NCBI GenBank assembly: GCA_035279985.1
Contig: DATEGR010000067.1
Coordinates: forward strand, 1 to 46,557
Direction: 5' to 3'
DNA length: 46,557 nt
Source: Verrucomicrobiia bacterium
GTDB lineage: Bacteria; Verrucomicrobiota; Verrucomicrobiia; Limisphaerales; UBA11358
Shown: in pieces, positions 9,343 through 18,409 of the stretch
Layout of the letters: the number at the start of each line of letters is the position of its first letter
Numbering within the stretch: position 1 is the first letter of the stretch
Notes under the pieces: model-generated
The model's database searches: none
Seen by the model: the letters and a program-made list of their open reading frames with translations, nothing else
Told to the model about the DNA's origin: nothing
Position numbers and translations under genes: made by a program

Positions 9343-12300
9343 TTGAATTCTTGAAGCCTTTCTCCACATCTGCCCGCAGAGTGTTTGGGACGTCACGTTG
9401 GAGCGTCACGATCGGCTGCGGTTTGGTTTTTGGTGCGGGACTGGCTCTGCCCGCCAACGTTTGGGCGGATCAGGTTCCGGCAAAGCCAGACTCGCCCGAA
9501 GTGACAAACCTGGTGCAACTTTCCCGGCTCGGCTCCCAGAACCCGAATATCAGCCATCTTATCCGTTTGGAAGGAGATGTTTTGTGGGCGGACCCGGCGC
9601 AGGGAAAATTTGTTTTACAGGATGCGTCCGGGACAGACGAGTTGGAAATGGAGTTGCGCGGCCAATCCCTCCAGCCGGGCCAGCGGGTGCGATTGGAGGG
9701 CGAGAGCACCATTACCCGGCGCGACGCGGGTGTTCAACTCGGCGTCATGGGCCCGGTGGTGGACGACGACGGCATCCATACGATGATCGAAAAATCCGGC
9801 GCGGTCTATCTTCAGGCGGGTCGCCATCCCCTTCGCGTTGATTGGTTTAATGGCGTTGAGAGATATGGATTGGAAGTAGACTATCAAGGGCCCGCTTTGC
9901 TCCGTCAAAGAATTCCTGATGCAGCGCTCTTTCGTGTTCAAATGGATGCCACTGGCGCAACGAATTTTGCAAACGGATTGAATTATGCCTGTTACGAAGC
10001 TGACGGCGAAGTCTTGCCTGACTTCGCGGAGCTGGTACCTCTCAAAACCGGGATCGTTTCCAACTTTGATCTGGGTGTCATGAGCCGCAACGAGCACGTC
10101 GGGTTGCAGTTTACAGGCTATCTTCAAATTCCGCGTGACGGTCTCTATACCTTTTACCTTACCTCGGATGATGGCAGTCAATTATTCATCAGCGAACGGC
10201 CGCTCCGGCTGGAAACGATTGGACAGATTGAATTGCCGACACCGCACCGGATGATAATCGGGCAGACCTTAAGCGAGAGCGGGGGTTATCAATGGGTTGA
10301 GGTTGAAGGAAAGGTCACCTTTGTCGGTGAACGGAAAGACGGATGGGATTTGGAATTAACCTCGGAAACCGGCCGCCTGAAACTCAAGGTGGCGGATGGC
10401 TCAGGATTGTCGGCGGACCAGCTTTTGAACAGCCGGGTCCGGGTTACCGGGGTTTGTCAGAGTGTTTACGATGCCGAGGGAGAAAAAGTTGGCGGTATCC
10501 TGTTGGTTTCAGACAAACGCGAGATCAAAATCATCGGGGCAGCCAATCCAGCGACAAATAACCAGGACACCGGCCTGGGAACACTGCCGGTGTTGACCAC
10601 CGCCAGTGAAGTTCATCAATTGAACCGGGAGGAGGCACAACGGGGCTATTCTGTGAAAATCCAGGGTGTGGTTACCTGTGTCCTGCCCGAACGCCAGGCC
10701 TTCACCATTCAAGATGCGACCCGGGGGTTGTATGTGGTTGATTCTTCCGAGAGCCGGTCGGTGCCGCCGAAGATCGGTGAGTATCTGGAGGTCGCAGGCA
10801 AGACCGATCCGAGCCTGTTTGCTCCCATTGTTGACGCAGACCATGTCGGGAATCTCGGCGCGGGGCGTTTGCCGCAGCCGGTCCACCCGGCCTGGGAGCA
10901 GTTGATGAACGGAAGCCTGGATGCCCAGTATGTCGAGTTGCAGGGCATCGTCACTTCGGTCAGTTCCAATAGCGTTACGCTGTTTACGGGCGATGGCCAA
11001 CTCAAATTGGAGTTAAGGGTGATCGGGATTAAAACGGCGGATTTGGAACGCTACGAAGATGCCGTGGTCCGCGTGCGGGGTTGTTTGCTGGCATCGTGGG
11101 ATTATGTGACGCATCAGGTAAAAGTGGGCGAAATCCGGGTTTATGGCGCGGAAATTTCGGTGGATCAGCCGGCCCCGACGGATTTGTTTTCGCTTCCGCT
11201 GAAGACCGTTGCCGAACTGTTGCAGTTCAACCCGCAAGCCGGCGTATTCCAACGGGTGAAAATTTCCGGACAGATTATTTATGCGCAAGCGCCCGAGTAT
11301 TATCTGATGGATGGCAAATATGGCGTGCAATTTATTTTGAAGAAACCGGTTCCGGGGCTGGAAGCTGGTGATCGGGTGGAAGTGGTCGGCTTCCCGGGTT
11401 TGAGCGGGGCTTCGCCGCTCCTGCATGAAGCTGTGGCGCGCAAAACCGGCCACGCCACCCTGCCAAAGGCCCGCAAGCTGCAACCGGACAACTTGATCCA
11501 TGCGGAGTATGACTCGACGCTCGTCACCGTGGACGGATTGCTCGTGAGTGTGAGGGAAACGCCGGCCGGCCAGGCTTTGGAAATGCGGAGCGGCGTCCGC
11601 ACTTTTATGGCCCGGCTCAATACCAGGAATGATTCCGTGCATTCGCTGGCGCCAGGCACCCGTTTGAAGCTGGTCGGGGTTTATCTGGGTGAAGGCGGGA
11701 ACCGGGCAGTGGGGCAGGATATTACCTCCTTCGAATTGCTGCTCAATTCACCGGGGGATATCAAAGTATTGGCCCGGCCACCGTGGTGGACGCTGGAACG
11801 ATTACTGGTCATGATGGGTGTGCTGGTGTGCGTGCTGGCGGCGGCCGCGTTATGGATCACTCAATTGCATCGGCAGGTGGAACAACGCACCCGGGAACTC
11901 GAAGCTCAAATCCGGCAACGCCAGAATGTCGAGCACCAGCGGGCCATGGAGCAGGAGCGCGCCCGGATTGCCCAGGACTTGCACGACGAACTCGGCTCCG
12001 GCATTACGGAAATCAGCATGTTGGCCGCCCGGTCGAGATCGACGACCGCTCCCGACGAAAAACGGAACCATTACCTGGAACAAGCGCGCGAAAAAGCCCG
12101 CGAAATGGTCACCGCGCTGGATGAAATTGTCTGGGCGATGAATCCGAAACACGATTCCCTTGCGTCGCTGGTCAGTTATTTTTGTCTTTACGCGGATCGT
12201 TTTCTGGGTCTGGCCAACATCGCCTGGCGCCTGGAAGGCATGCCTGGGACGCCTGATCCCACGGTGGATTCACGGCACCGGCATCAGTTGTTTCTGGCGT

Positions 12301-12557
12301 TCAAGGAAGCATTGACCAACGTGGTGCGTCACGCCGACGCGTCGGAAGTCCGCTTGCGCATCCAGGCCGAACAGGGTCAGGTGCGGTTGATCGTTGCCGA
12401 CAACGGGCGCGGATTCTCCCCGGGAATTCACACCGAGGAAATGGACGGCGTGGCCAACATGCGGGCGCGCATCGAAAAATTGGGTGGAAGATTTGAAATC
12501 GCCAGCGAAGCCGGTCACGGCACGACGGTACGGTTTTACATGCCTTTAAGTTCATGA
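9339..12557 (+). CDS. Sensor histidine kinase (HisKA_3 + HATPase_c) with a large periplasmic region of about 800 aa containing a PA14-like segment and six OB-like repeats
   Basis: N-terminal signal/TM segment and a second TM (LLVMMGVLVCVLAAAALWI). Coiled coil followed by the His box IAQDLHDELGSG. ATPase motifs LTNVVRHADAS, VADNGRGF and GHGTTVRFYMP. PA14-like GLQFTGYLQIPRDGLYTFYLTSDDGSQLFI. Its ATG overlaps the GH2 stop (ATGA at 9339-9342). Confidence 0.85.
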   Translation: MIEFLKPFSTSARRVFGTSRWSVTIGCGLVFGAGLALPANVWADQVPAKPDSPEVTNLVQLSRLGSQNPNISHLIRLEGDVLWADPAQGKFVLQDASGTDELEMELRGQSLQPGQRVRLEGESTITRRDAGVQLGVMGPVVDDDGIHTMIEKSGAVYLQAGRHPLRVDWFNGVERYGLEVDYQGPALLRQRIPDAALFRVQMDATGATNFANGLNYACYEADGEVLPDFAELVPLKTGIVSNFDLGVMSRNEHVGLQFTGYLQIPRDGLYTFYLTSDDGSQLFISERPLRLETIGQIELPTPHRMIIGQTLSESGGYQWVEVEGKVTFVGERKDGWDLELTSETGRLKLKVADGSGLSADQLLNSRVRVTGVCQSVYDAEGEKVGGILLVSDKREIKIIGAANPATNNQDTGLGTLPVLTTASEVHQLNREEAQRGYSVKIQGVVTCVLPERQAFTIQDATRGLYVVDSSESRSVPPKIGEYLEVAGKTDPSLFAPIVDADHVGNLGAGRLPQPVHPAWEQLMNGSLDAQYVELQGIVTSVSSNSVTLFTGDGQLKLELRVIGIKTADLERYEDAVVRVRGCLLASWDYVTHQVKVGEIRVYGAEISVDQPAPTDLFSLPLKTVAELLQFNPQAGVFQRVKISGQIIYAQAPEYYLMDGKYGVQFILKKPVPGLEAGDRVEVVGFPGLSGASPLLHEAVARKTGHATLPKARKLQPDNLIHAEYDSTLVTVDGLLVSVRETPAGQALEMRSGVRTFMARLNTRNDSVHSLAPGTRLKLVGVYLGEGGNRAVGQDITSFELLLNSPGDIKVLARPPWWTLERLLVMMGVLVCVLAAAALWITQLHRQVEQRTRELEAQIRQRQNVEHQRAMEQERARIAQDLHDELGSGITEISMLAARSRSTTAPDEKRNHYLEQAREKAREMVTALDEIVWAMNPKHDSLASLVSYFCLYADRFLGLANIAWRLEGMPGTPDPTVDSRHRHQLFLAFKEALTNVVRHADASEVRLRIQAEQGQVRLIVADNGRGFSPGIHTEEMDGVANMRARIEKLGGRFEIASEAGHGTTVRFYMPLSS

Positions 12558-13201
12558 CCAAGATTGCCATTGTTGAAGATAACAAAGTAATTCGTGAGAG
12601 TCTCATGGAATTCATCCACGCGGACCCGGAATGCCGCTGTGTCTGCGCCTGTGCGACGGCGGAAGAGGCGTTGAAGGTGATTCCCAAACACGAGCCTGAA
12701 ATCGTGCTGATGGACATTCAGCTGCCCAACATGTCGGGAATTGATTGTCTCGCTCAATTGAAACAGCTGCTGCCCTCGGTCCATATTATCATGGTGACGG
12801 TCTATGAAGACACCGAGCGGATCTTCAAAGCATTGCGCCTGGGGGCATGCGGTTACCTGTTAAAACGTTGTGCGCCCGAAGAACTCATCGCCGCCATCCG
12901 TGAAGTCCGGCAGGGGGGTGCTCCGATGTCGCGCGAGATCGCGCGCAAGGTGATCGCTTCGTTTCAAGAACCGCTGGCAACCGCCATGGAAGTGGAAGAC
13001 CTTACGGCTCGCGAGCGGGAGATTTTGGAATTGCTGGCCAACGGGTTCCCTAACAAACAAATCGCCGACCGCCTGGGGTTGACCGATGGCACGGTGCGTT
13101 GGCATCTCCGGCACGTGTATAATAAACTACATGTCCGCTCCCGCACCGAAGCCGCCCTCAAGTTCCGCTCAACCAAACAGGAAAAACAGGATAGTCGTTA
13201 A
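12554..13201 (+). CDS. Response regulator, NarL/FixJ family (REC domain + LuxR-type HTH)
   Basis: Receiver acidic pocket (IVEDN ... VLMDIQLP). C-terminal HTH LTAREREILELLANGFPNKQIADRLGLTDGTVRWHLRHVYNKLHVRSRTEA. ATGA overlap with the kinase stop at 12554-12557. Confidence 0.9.
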   Translation: MTKIAIVEDNKVIRESLMEFIHADPECRCVCACATAEEALKVIPKHEPEIVLMDIQLPNMSGIDCLAQLKQLLPSVHIIMVTVYEDTERIFKALRLGACGYLLKRCAPEELIAAIREVRQGGAPMSREIARKVIASFQEPLATAMEVEDLTAREREILELLANGFPNKQIADRLGLTDGTVRWHLRHVYNKLHVRSRTEAALKFRSTKQEKQDSR

Positions 13202-13245
13202 TTCACAATAATTTACACCGTTTTCCAACTCTGGGGACTGGTTGG

Positions 13246-13274
13246 AATACTCTACATTTGTGAGGCTAGGCAAA
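13246..13274 (+). promoter_or_regulatory. Copy A of conserved upstream motif AATACTCTACATTTGTGAGGCTAGGCAAA
   Basis: 29 nt identical to 14381..14409. Lies 56 nt upstream of the PEP-CTERM gene start and directly downstream of the response-regulator gene. Contains TACATTTG, which fits the TAnnTTTG pattern. Confidence 0.45.
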
Positions 13275-13329
13275 CTCAGGGATTCCGGGCATAATTAATG
13301 GAATTAGCGAACCCGTAAAACAATCATCT

Positions 13330-14094
13330 ATGAAAACTGTTTCTTTGGTTACTACTGTTATTGCTGCGTTCACACTGGCCGTTTTGCCGGCAAAAGCTCA
13401 GGTCACTTATGTGGGTCCCGGTACCGCCAATGGCGGCGGCGGAAATGGGGAGGGGATCAGCAGCGTTGTCATCAACAACACTGCCAGCAGCATCACCTTT
13501 ACCATCAATACGAGCGCGGCGCAGAGCGCATACGTTCAATATTATGTCCTGCTGCAGGATGTTGGCCAGGGTGCCAGTGGAAGCAGTGCGCTCTTTAACT
13601 CTGCGGGAGCCCTCAACGGGTGGGGTCCCAGTCTGGGCATCAGCACTGGTGAAAACGCCTTTGCTGCCACTTATAATACGGGCGCCAATTCAGCGTACTA
13701 TAGCGGTGGTGTTTGGACGATGGGTTCGGGAGCCGCCTATGATTCCGGCGGCACTGGATTTAATTTCGTCACCTTCACAAGGCCGTTAAGCAGCCTCGGA
13801 TTGAGCGTCGGTGGCAGTTTCTACTTCGACGTTGTGTCCTCCTATCCTAATGGTATCGGTCAATCCGCCTATGGTTCATTGCTCAGCAGTTATCCTGCGG
13901 AGACAGATAATGCCTACACCCCTTACAATGGCACCTCCGCTTATGACGCTGCGACAGATGCAGGGGGAGCAGCCTCGAAGTTCGGCACGGCGGCGTATAT
14001 GTACACCGTGGTACCCGAACCGGTTGCCAGCGCATTCCTTGGTTTGGGCGCGCTGCTTTTGATTGTGCGCCGAAGGGTATTCCCTGCCCGTTAG
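13330..14094 (+). CDS. PEP-CTERM sorting-domain secreted protein, function unknown
   Basis: Signal peptide MKTVSLVTTVIAAFTLAVLPAKAQ. Gly/Ser/Ala-rich body. C-terminal VPEP + hydrophobic helix + RRR (TVVPEPVASAFLGLGALLLIVRRR). Confidence 0.8.
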   Translation: MKTVSLVTTVIAAFTLAVLPAKAQVTYVGPGTANGGGGNGEGISSVVINNTASSITFTINTSAAQSAYVQYYVLLQDVGQGASGSSALFNSAGALNGWGPSLGISTGENAFAATYNTGANSAYYSGGVWTMGSGAAYDSGGTGFNFVTFTRPLSSLGLSVGGSFYFDVVSSYPNGIGQSAYGSLLSSYPAETDNAYTPYNGTSAYDAATDAGGAASKFGTAAYMYTVVPEPVASAFLGLGALLLIVRRRVFPAR

Positions 14095-14126
14095 TTTTGA
14101 TTTTGCGGATCGTGAACATCACAAAG

Positions 14127-14158
14127 TGCCGCTTGTGCCAACAGGCGGCATTTTCGTT
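14127..14158 (+). terminator. Rho-independent terminator candidate downstream of the PEP-CTERM gene
   Basis: Stem TGCCGCTT / AGGCGGCA (8 bp including one G-U pair), 8-nt loop GTGCCAAC, then TTTTCGTT. Lies 33 nt after the stop codon. Confidence 0.55.
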
Positions 14159-14380
14159 CCGGTCGTTAAGTTCATCGGTTCTCCCTGCCGAAATTCACCG
14201 CACCGACCGGCTCAACCAAAGATCGTAAGACCGTAGTTCCATCATGCTTAAAACAAACATGCCACCGTTATAGGTCCAAACTGCGCTCAAATCCATTCCC
14301 GCAAGACAAAAAGGGCATCGAAAACAGCCCTTGATTCAAAAGCGGTTATGCCGCTTGTCAGTTCAGGCTACGTCGGCCCT

Positions 14381-14409
14381 AATACTCTACATTTGTGAGG
14401 CTAGGCAAA
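14381..14409 (+). promoter_or_regulatory. Copy B of conserved upstream motif AATACTCTACATTTGTGAGGCTAGGCAAA
   Basis: Identical 29-mer to 13246..13274, about 175 nt upstream of the prepilin-like gene ATG at 14585. Confidence 0.45.
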
Positions 14410-14584
14410 GCGGGAAAAAGCAACTACGTTTGCCCTGATTAATCATGCAGCAGGTGAAACAATGCGCACGTTGTCATCTCGACGGTGAAACAAATAATGC
14501 TAAACTGTCCTGTTCATTGTTTATGTGAAATCACGTAAAGAGCCGTATATCGAATACGCAATACGGATAATTCATTCACAACCG

Positions 14585-15481
14585 ATGCCGATACCCAATT
14601 TGAAACCATCAAAGTCAAATAACAACTCACCGTTGCCATCGGGCTTCACGCTGATTGAATTGCTGGTGGTGATTGCCATCATCGCGATTTTGGCGGCGTT
14701 ATTGCTGCCGGCCCTGTCCGCCGCGAAGATCAGGGCGCAGCGGATTGTATGCGTATCAAATCTGAGGCAATGGGGGGTGGCCTTTCCGATGTATGCCGGC
14801 GACCACCATGACAGTCTGCCGTTGGGTTGGTATGATCCGAATGGGATGTGGATGTTTGCGTTGCAGCCATACATGCCTGGATCCGTTAGCGGGACCGGCA
14901 TGGGCGGAAAGCTATGCTACTGTCCAGCGGCAACAAAGATGCGCAGTTCACTTGCGAATTTTTGGGTTACTTCCGGCACCACCTTTCTGGCCTGGGGCAT
15001 CATGGGCACGAACGGCTATCCGGTTGCGACTCCGTGGGGCCGTGCCGGCATGGCCGGCAGTTATGGATTTAACGGCTGGCTGGCCAATCCCCCGGATGCG
15101 GAATTGGCTGCTGCTGGTGCCGCTGCGGTAGCGGATTCGCCAGGATATTGGCGGACAATGACAGGAGCCGGCAGGTACGCGTCGCGGACACCCTTATTTG
15201 CTGATTGTGTGTGGCAGGGAAGCAACCCGCACGCTGGCGGCAGCTACAATACCACACTCGATGCAGCGCCTGCGAACGAAGGTGATTGTGGGGCTTTCGA
15301 TGAGTTGCCGTCTTTTTGCATTCCCAGACACGCCAGCAGAAAGCCTGTGGACATGACGTTCGTGGATGGTTCGGTCAGGTTCGTGGGCTTGAAGGAGCTT
15401 TGGCAAATGCCTTGGAGCAAGATTTACGATCCGACCCAAGCCCTGAGCAGGTTTCGCGCCTGGATGAACAGTTACGATTAG
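14585..15481 (+). CDS. Prepilin-type N-terminal cleavage/methylation domain protein, DUF1559-like with H-X(n)-DG tail
   Basis: G|[28 protein letters not shown] prepilin motif. DUF1559-like [22 protein letters not shown]-terminal [19 protein letters not shown] (H-X11-DG variant). ATG 14585 preferred over the track's GTG at 14525. Confidence 0.8.
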   Translation: MPIPNLKPSKSNNNSPLPSGFTLIELLVVIAIIAILAALLLPALSAAKIRAQRIVCVSNLRQWGVAFPMYAGDHHDSLPLGWYDPNGMWMFALQPYMPGSVSGTGMGGKLCYCPAATKMRSSLANFWVTSGTTFLAWGIMGTNGYPVATPWGRAGMAGSYGFNGWLANPPDAELAAAGAAAVADSPGYWRTMTGAGRYASRTPLFADCVWQGSNPHAGGSYNTTLDAAPANEGDCGAFDELPSFCIPRHASRKPVDMTFVDGSVRFVGLKELWQMPWSKIYDPTQALSRFRAWMNSYD

Positions 15482-15572
15482 TCAAAACCATGGCTCCCGG
15501 ATTTCCCAATGCCTGTGACTTTGCTGCTATCAGCCTGCACAAAAAAGATAAGCCAAACAAACCCATAAAACC

Positions 15573-18299
15573 ATGAAAAAAATTCTATCCATCGCCGTCA
15601 TCGGCAGCGTTCTTTTGAGCGCGGTTCCGTTTGCATCTGCGGTGACTATTTACACCGAAAACTGGGGCACGGGTAACAGTGGTGTTACCGGGAACGGCAA
15701 TATCAATACGGTTGGGTGGACAGCGATTGCCGCGTCACAGAGTGCCGGGCCCTACGTCGGCATCTATACGGCCACCGGCGCGAGCGATCCCACGCTCGGT
15801 CTGGCCTTGCCCGCAAACACGGTTTATTTTACGGGCTTTCAGACCACCAACCTGCCGGGGATGCTTTATACCACAAGCGCTGCGGGATCGGGTGCTGGGG
15901 GTAATTCCAGTTTCGCCAATATTGATCCGACGCTGTACACGAACCTGACCTTTAACCTGGAGGTTCGGGATCCCAATGGAGGCAATCCAGCCACCAACTA
16001 TTTTGCAGTTCAAGTGGGAGGACAATGGTATGTGGCGACCTCTTACCAGTTGCCCGAATACACTGCCGGGTATCCGCAATTTACGAATGCTTCCCTGGTT
16101 TATACCAATCCGGCCAATGTCTGGCAAACCCTGACCATAAACGGTACCACCAATGTAACAATCGGTTCTGTGGCATCTCCCAACTTGACCTCACTCATCA
16201 CCGGCATCGGTATTGTTGAAATCAATACTCCGGGTGGTTTTAATTATAACGAGCTGCTCATCAACCAGGGACCGGGCGATTTCCCGCAGATCGCGCCCAC
16301 CAATACCGCCGTGGCGGTGACCCCGCAATACGTCTACGTTGGCGGCGGGGCCGCGTTTGTATCCACCTTTGCCGGTCCACTGTTGGTTTACCAATGGCAG
16401 ACCAATGGCGTGAATATTAATGGAGGAAGATACCTCGGCACAGCCGGCAACACGATGACTATCACCAACTGTAACCTCGGCGATGCGGGTTCCTTCTACA
16501 TGGTGGTCGTGACGAACAAATTTGGCAGTGCTACCAATAGCGGTCTGCAGTTGATCGTCAGCAATGTGCCTCCTGGTCTTTTGTATGCGGAGAATTTTCC
16601 TTATCTTGGACCTAACGGCAACACCCCTATCACCGGTGTGGGCTGGGTCGTCGCGGCACCGGCCAGCACAGGCATCGGCATTTACCAGGCTGGCGGTGGT
16701 CTTGGCGACGTCTTTTCATATTCTCCCATTGCCACCACCAACGCTTATTACACAACGGATACCAATGACGCAGGAATCTCCGGACTGCCGTTTGTCGATA
16801 TCAATCCCGCCAGTTATCCTTTCGTAACTTTCCAGGCCGGTTTCGTCCCCGGGAATGGCCCCGGGCAGGTTTCCGGAGCCATCTCGGTTTATTGGGCGGT
16901 TAAGATGACGAACGGCTGGTTCTGCTCTGCCCAGCCTCAAGCGATCGATCTCTCGGCGCTAAGCCCTTATCAAAACTATCAATATGGATTCAACCCCGCG
17001 GCGAGCAATTGGAATAACCTCACCATTACCAGCGGCAGTGCCGTAATCGGTGCTCCGGCTGCAAGCCCGTTGACCGGCAATATCATTGGTGCCGGCCTGG
17101 TGGTTGCTCACAATACCGGAACTGGTTCAGACATGAATTTCCAGAGTTTCGAAATCATCACCAACCAGGCGGTGGGCAGGCCGCCGAACATCAACCAGAA
17201 CTATCCGCTTGACGTAACTGTCGCCTCAGGCGGTGGCGCCAGTTTTGGCGTTTCCGCCAGTGGAACATCACCTTTCACTTATAGTTGGACGACAAATGGC
17301 GTCCCTGTTTCCAATGGGGGCAGAATTTCCGGCGCAACCACGCCGACTTTGACAATCGCCGATTTAAATACCAACGATAATAGTCTGCAGATAGTTGCGT
17401 ATGTCACCAACGCTGCTGGCGGTGATAACAGCACTTTATCAGCTGCCGGTGGGCCTACTACACTGACGGTAACCAGCCCTCCCGTTGGCTTCATTTATTC
17501 AGAAGTGTTTCCGTTTGTCGGCCCGGTTGCAGGCAACTACTCGATTAGCGGTGTCGGGTGGACCGAAGCGGTTCCCAGCACTCCCAACGCTCTATTCCAG
17601 GCCGGTACGCCCGGAACGAGCTCGGCAAGCCAGGGAGCAGTTTTTGCCTTTCTGGGAAGCGCGGGCACCACTGTGTATTACGCAACTGCTGCCTCCGATA
17701 CCAATCAATCTGGACTGCCTTTCCCGAATATCGACCTGGCAGCTTATCCAAACTTGAGCATTTCGGCGAGTATTGCGCCAAACTCGGCGTCATCCACCAA
17801 CGTCGCGGCTTACGTGGCGGTGCAACTTAATGGCAACAATTGGTACGTTTCCGCGAATGCCTTGTTGGGGCCGAATGTGGCTTCGAACTCGGTGTACTCC
17901 ACCTACACAATGAGCTTTAATCCGGCCGCGGCGAACTGGAATAATTTGACCGTAACCAGTTCGGGCGGGCTGATCGGGTCGCCGGCAGCCGGCAACTTGA
18001 GCGGTGTCATGACCGGGGCCGGTCTGGTATTCGTCACCGTAGGAAGCGGAGGCACCTTCAACTTTAATAATTTCCAGGTCTCGGACCTCGGAGTCGTGGG
18101 CGGCATCAATGTCGGCGGGGTGACGGGCGGCAACCTCAATCTGTCCTGGGTTGGAAACCCGGCAGTGAGGTTGCAGAGTTCCACCAATTTGAGCAGCAGC
18201 TTGAATTGGCAGGATGTGCCGAACACATACGGGCTGTATTCGCTGCCTGCGCCTGTCACCGGATCCCAGAAATTTTTCCGGTTGAAGAACGGTCCGTAA
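15573..18299 (+). CDS. Large secreted protein: three copies of an unassigned ~200-aa module separated by two Ig-like domains, plus the shared C-terminal FYR-type domain
   Basis: Signal peptide MKKILSIAVIGSVLLSAVPFASA. Modules at residues ~24-232, ~333-532 and ~636-838 share IY[TAS]E..F/W, VGW, SGLPF..ID...YP and FNPAA.NWNNLT[IV]TS. Ig-like segments contain YQWQTNG and YSWTTNG. Tail is LNLSW...LQSSTNLSSSLNWQDV...KFFRLKNGP. Confidence 0.8.
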   Translation: MKKILSIAVIGSVLLSAVPFASAVTIYTENWGTGNSGVTGNGNINTVGWTAIAASQSAGPYVGIYTATGASDPTLGLALPANTVYFTGFQTTNLPGMLYTTSAAGSGAGGNSSFANIDPTLYTNLTFNLEVRDPNGGNPATNYFAVQVGGQWYVATSYQLPEYTAGYPQFTNASLVYTNPANVWQTLTINGTTNVTIGSVASPNLTSLITGIGIVEINTPGGFNYNELLINQGPGDFPQIAPTNTAVAVTPQYVYVGGGAAFVSTFAGPLLVYQWQTNGVNINGGRYLGTAGNTMTITNCNLGDAGSFYMVVVTNKFGSATNSGLQLIVSNVPPGLLYAENFPYLGPNGNTPITGVGWVVAAPASTGIGIYQAGGGLGDVFSYSPIATTNAYYTTDTNDAGISGLPFVDINPASYPFVTFQAGFVPGNGPGQVSGAISVYWAVKMTNGWFCSAQPQAIDLSALSPYQNYQYGFNPAASNWNNLTITSGSAVIGAPAASPLTGNIIGAGLVVAHNTGTGSDMNFQSFEIITNQAVGRPPNINQNYPLDVTVASGGGASFGVSASGTSPFTYSWTTNGVPVSNGGRISGATTPTLTIADLNTNDNSLQIVAYVTNAAGGDNSTLSAAGGPTTLTVTSPPVGFIYSEVFPFVGPVAGNYSISGVGWTEAVPSTPNALFQAGTPGTSSASQGAVFAFLGSAGTTVYYATAASDTNQSGLPFPNIDLAAYPNLSISASIAPNSASSTNVAAYVAVQLNGNNWYVSANALLGPNVASNSVYSTYTMSFNPAAANWNNLTVTSSGGLIGSPAAGNLSGVMTGAGLVFVTVGSGGTFNFNNFQVSDLGVVGGINVGGVTGGNLNLSWVGNPAVRLQSSTNLSSSLNWQDVPNTYGLYSLPAPVTGSQKFFRLKNGP

Positions 18300-18323
18300 A
18301 CAACTGGAACGCAAGTTTGGGAC

Positions 18324-18372
18324 GAAGCTGGAGTTGTTCACACAAAACTGGAATGACTCCAGCTTCAGTTTT
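18324..18372 (+). terminator. Hairpin terminator candidate after the 908-aa gene
   Basis: Perfect 11-bp stem GAAGCTGGAGT / ACTCCAGCTTC with a 21-nt loop, followed by AGTTTT. The long loop lowers confidence. Confidence 0.4.
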
Positions 18373-18409
18373 AGGTTGTAACGGCTGGATCGAGCTAAGC
18401 ATTATTGGA

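Noticed and set aside
14160-14380. ~220-nt gene-free stretch inspected for a tRNA or small RNA
   Set aside because: No tRNA-like T-arm or acceptor features and no convincing conserved structure. Only short, weak hairpins are present.
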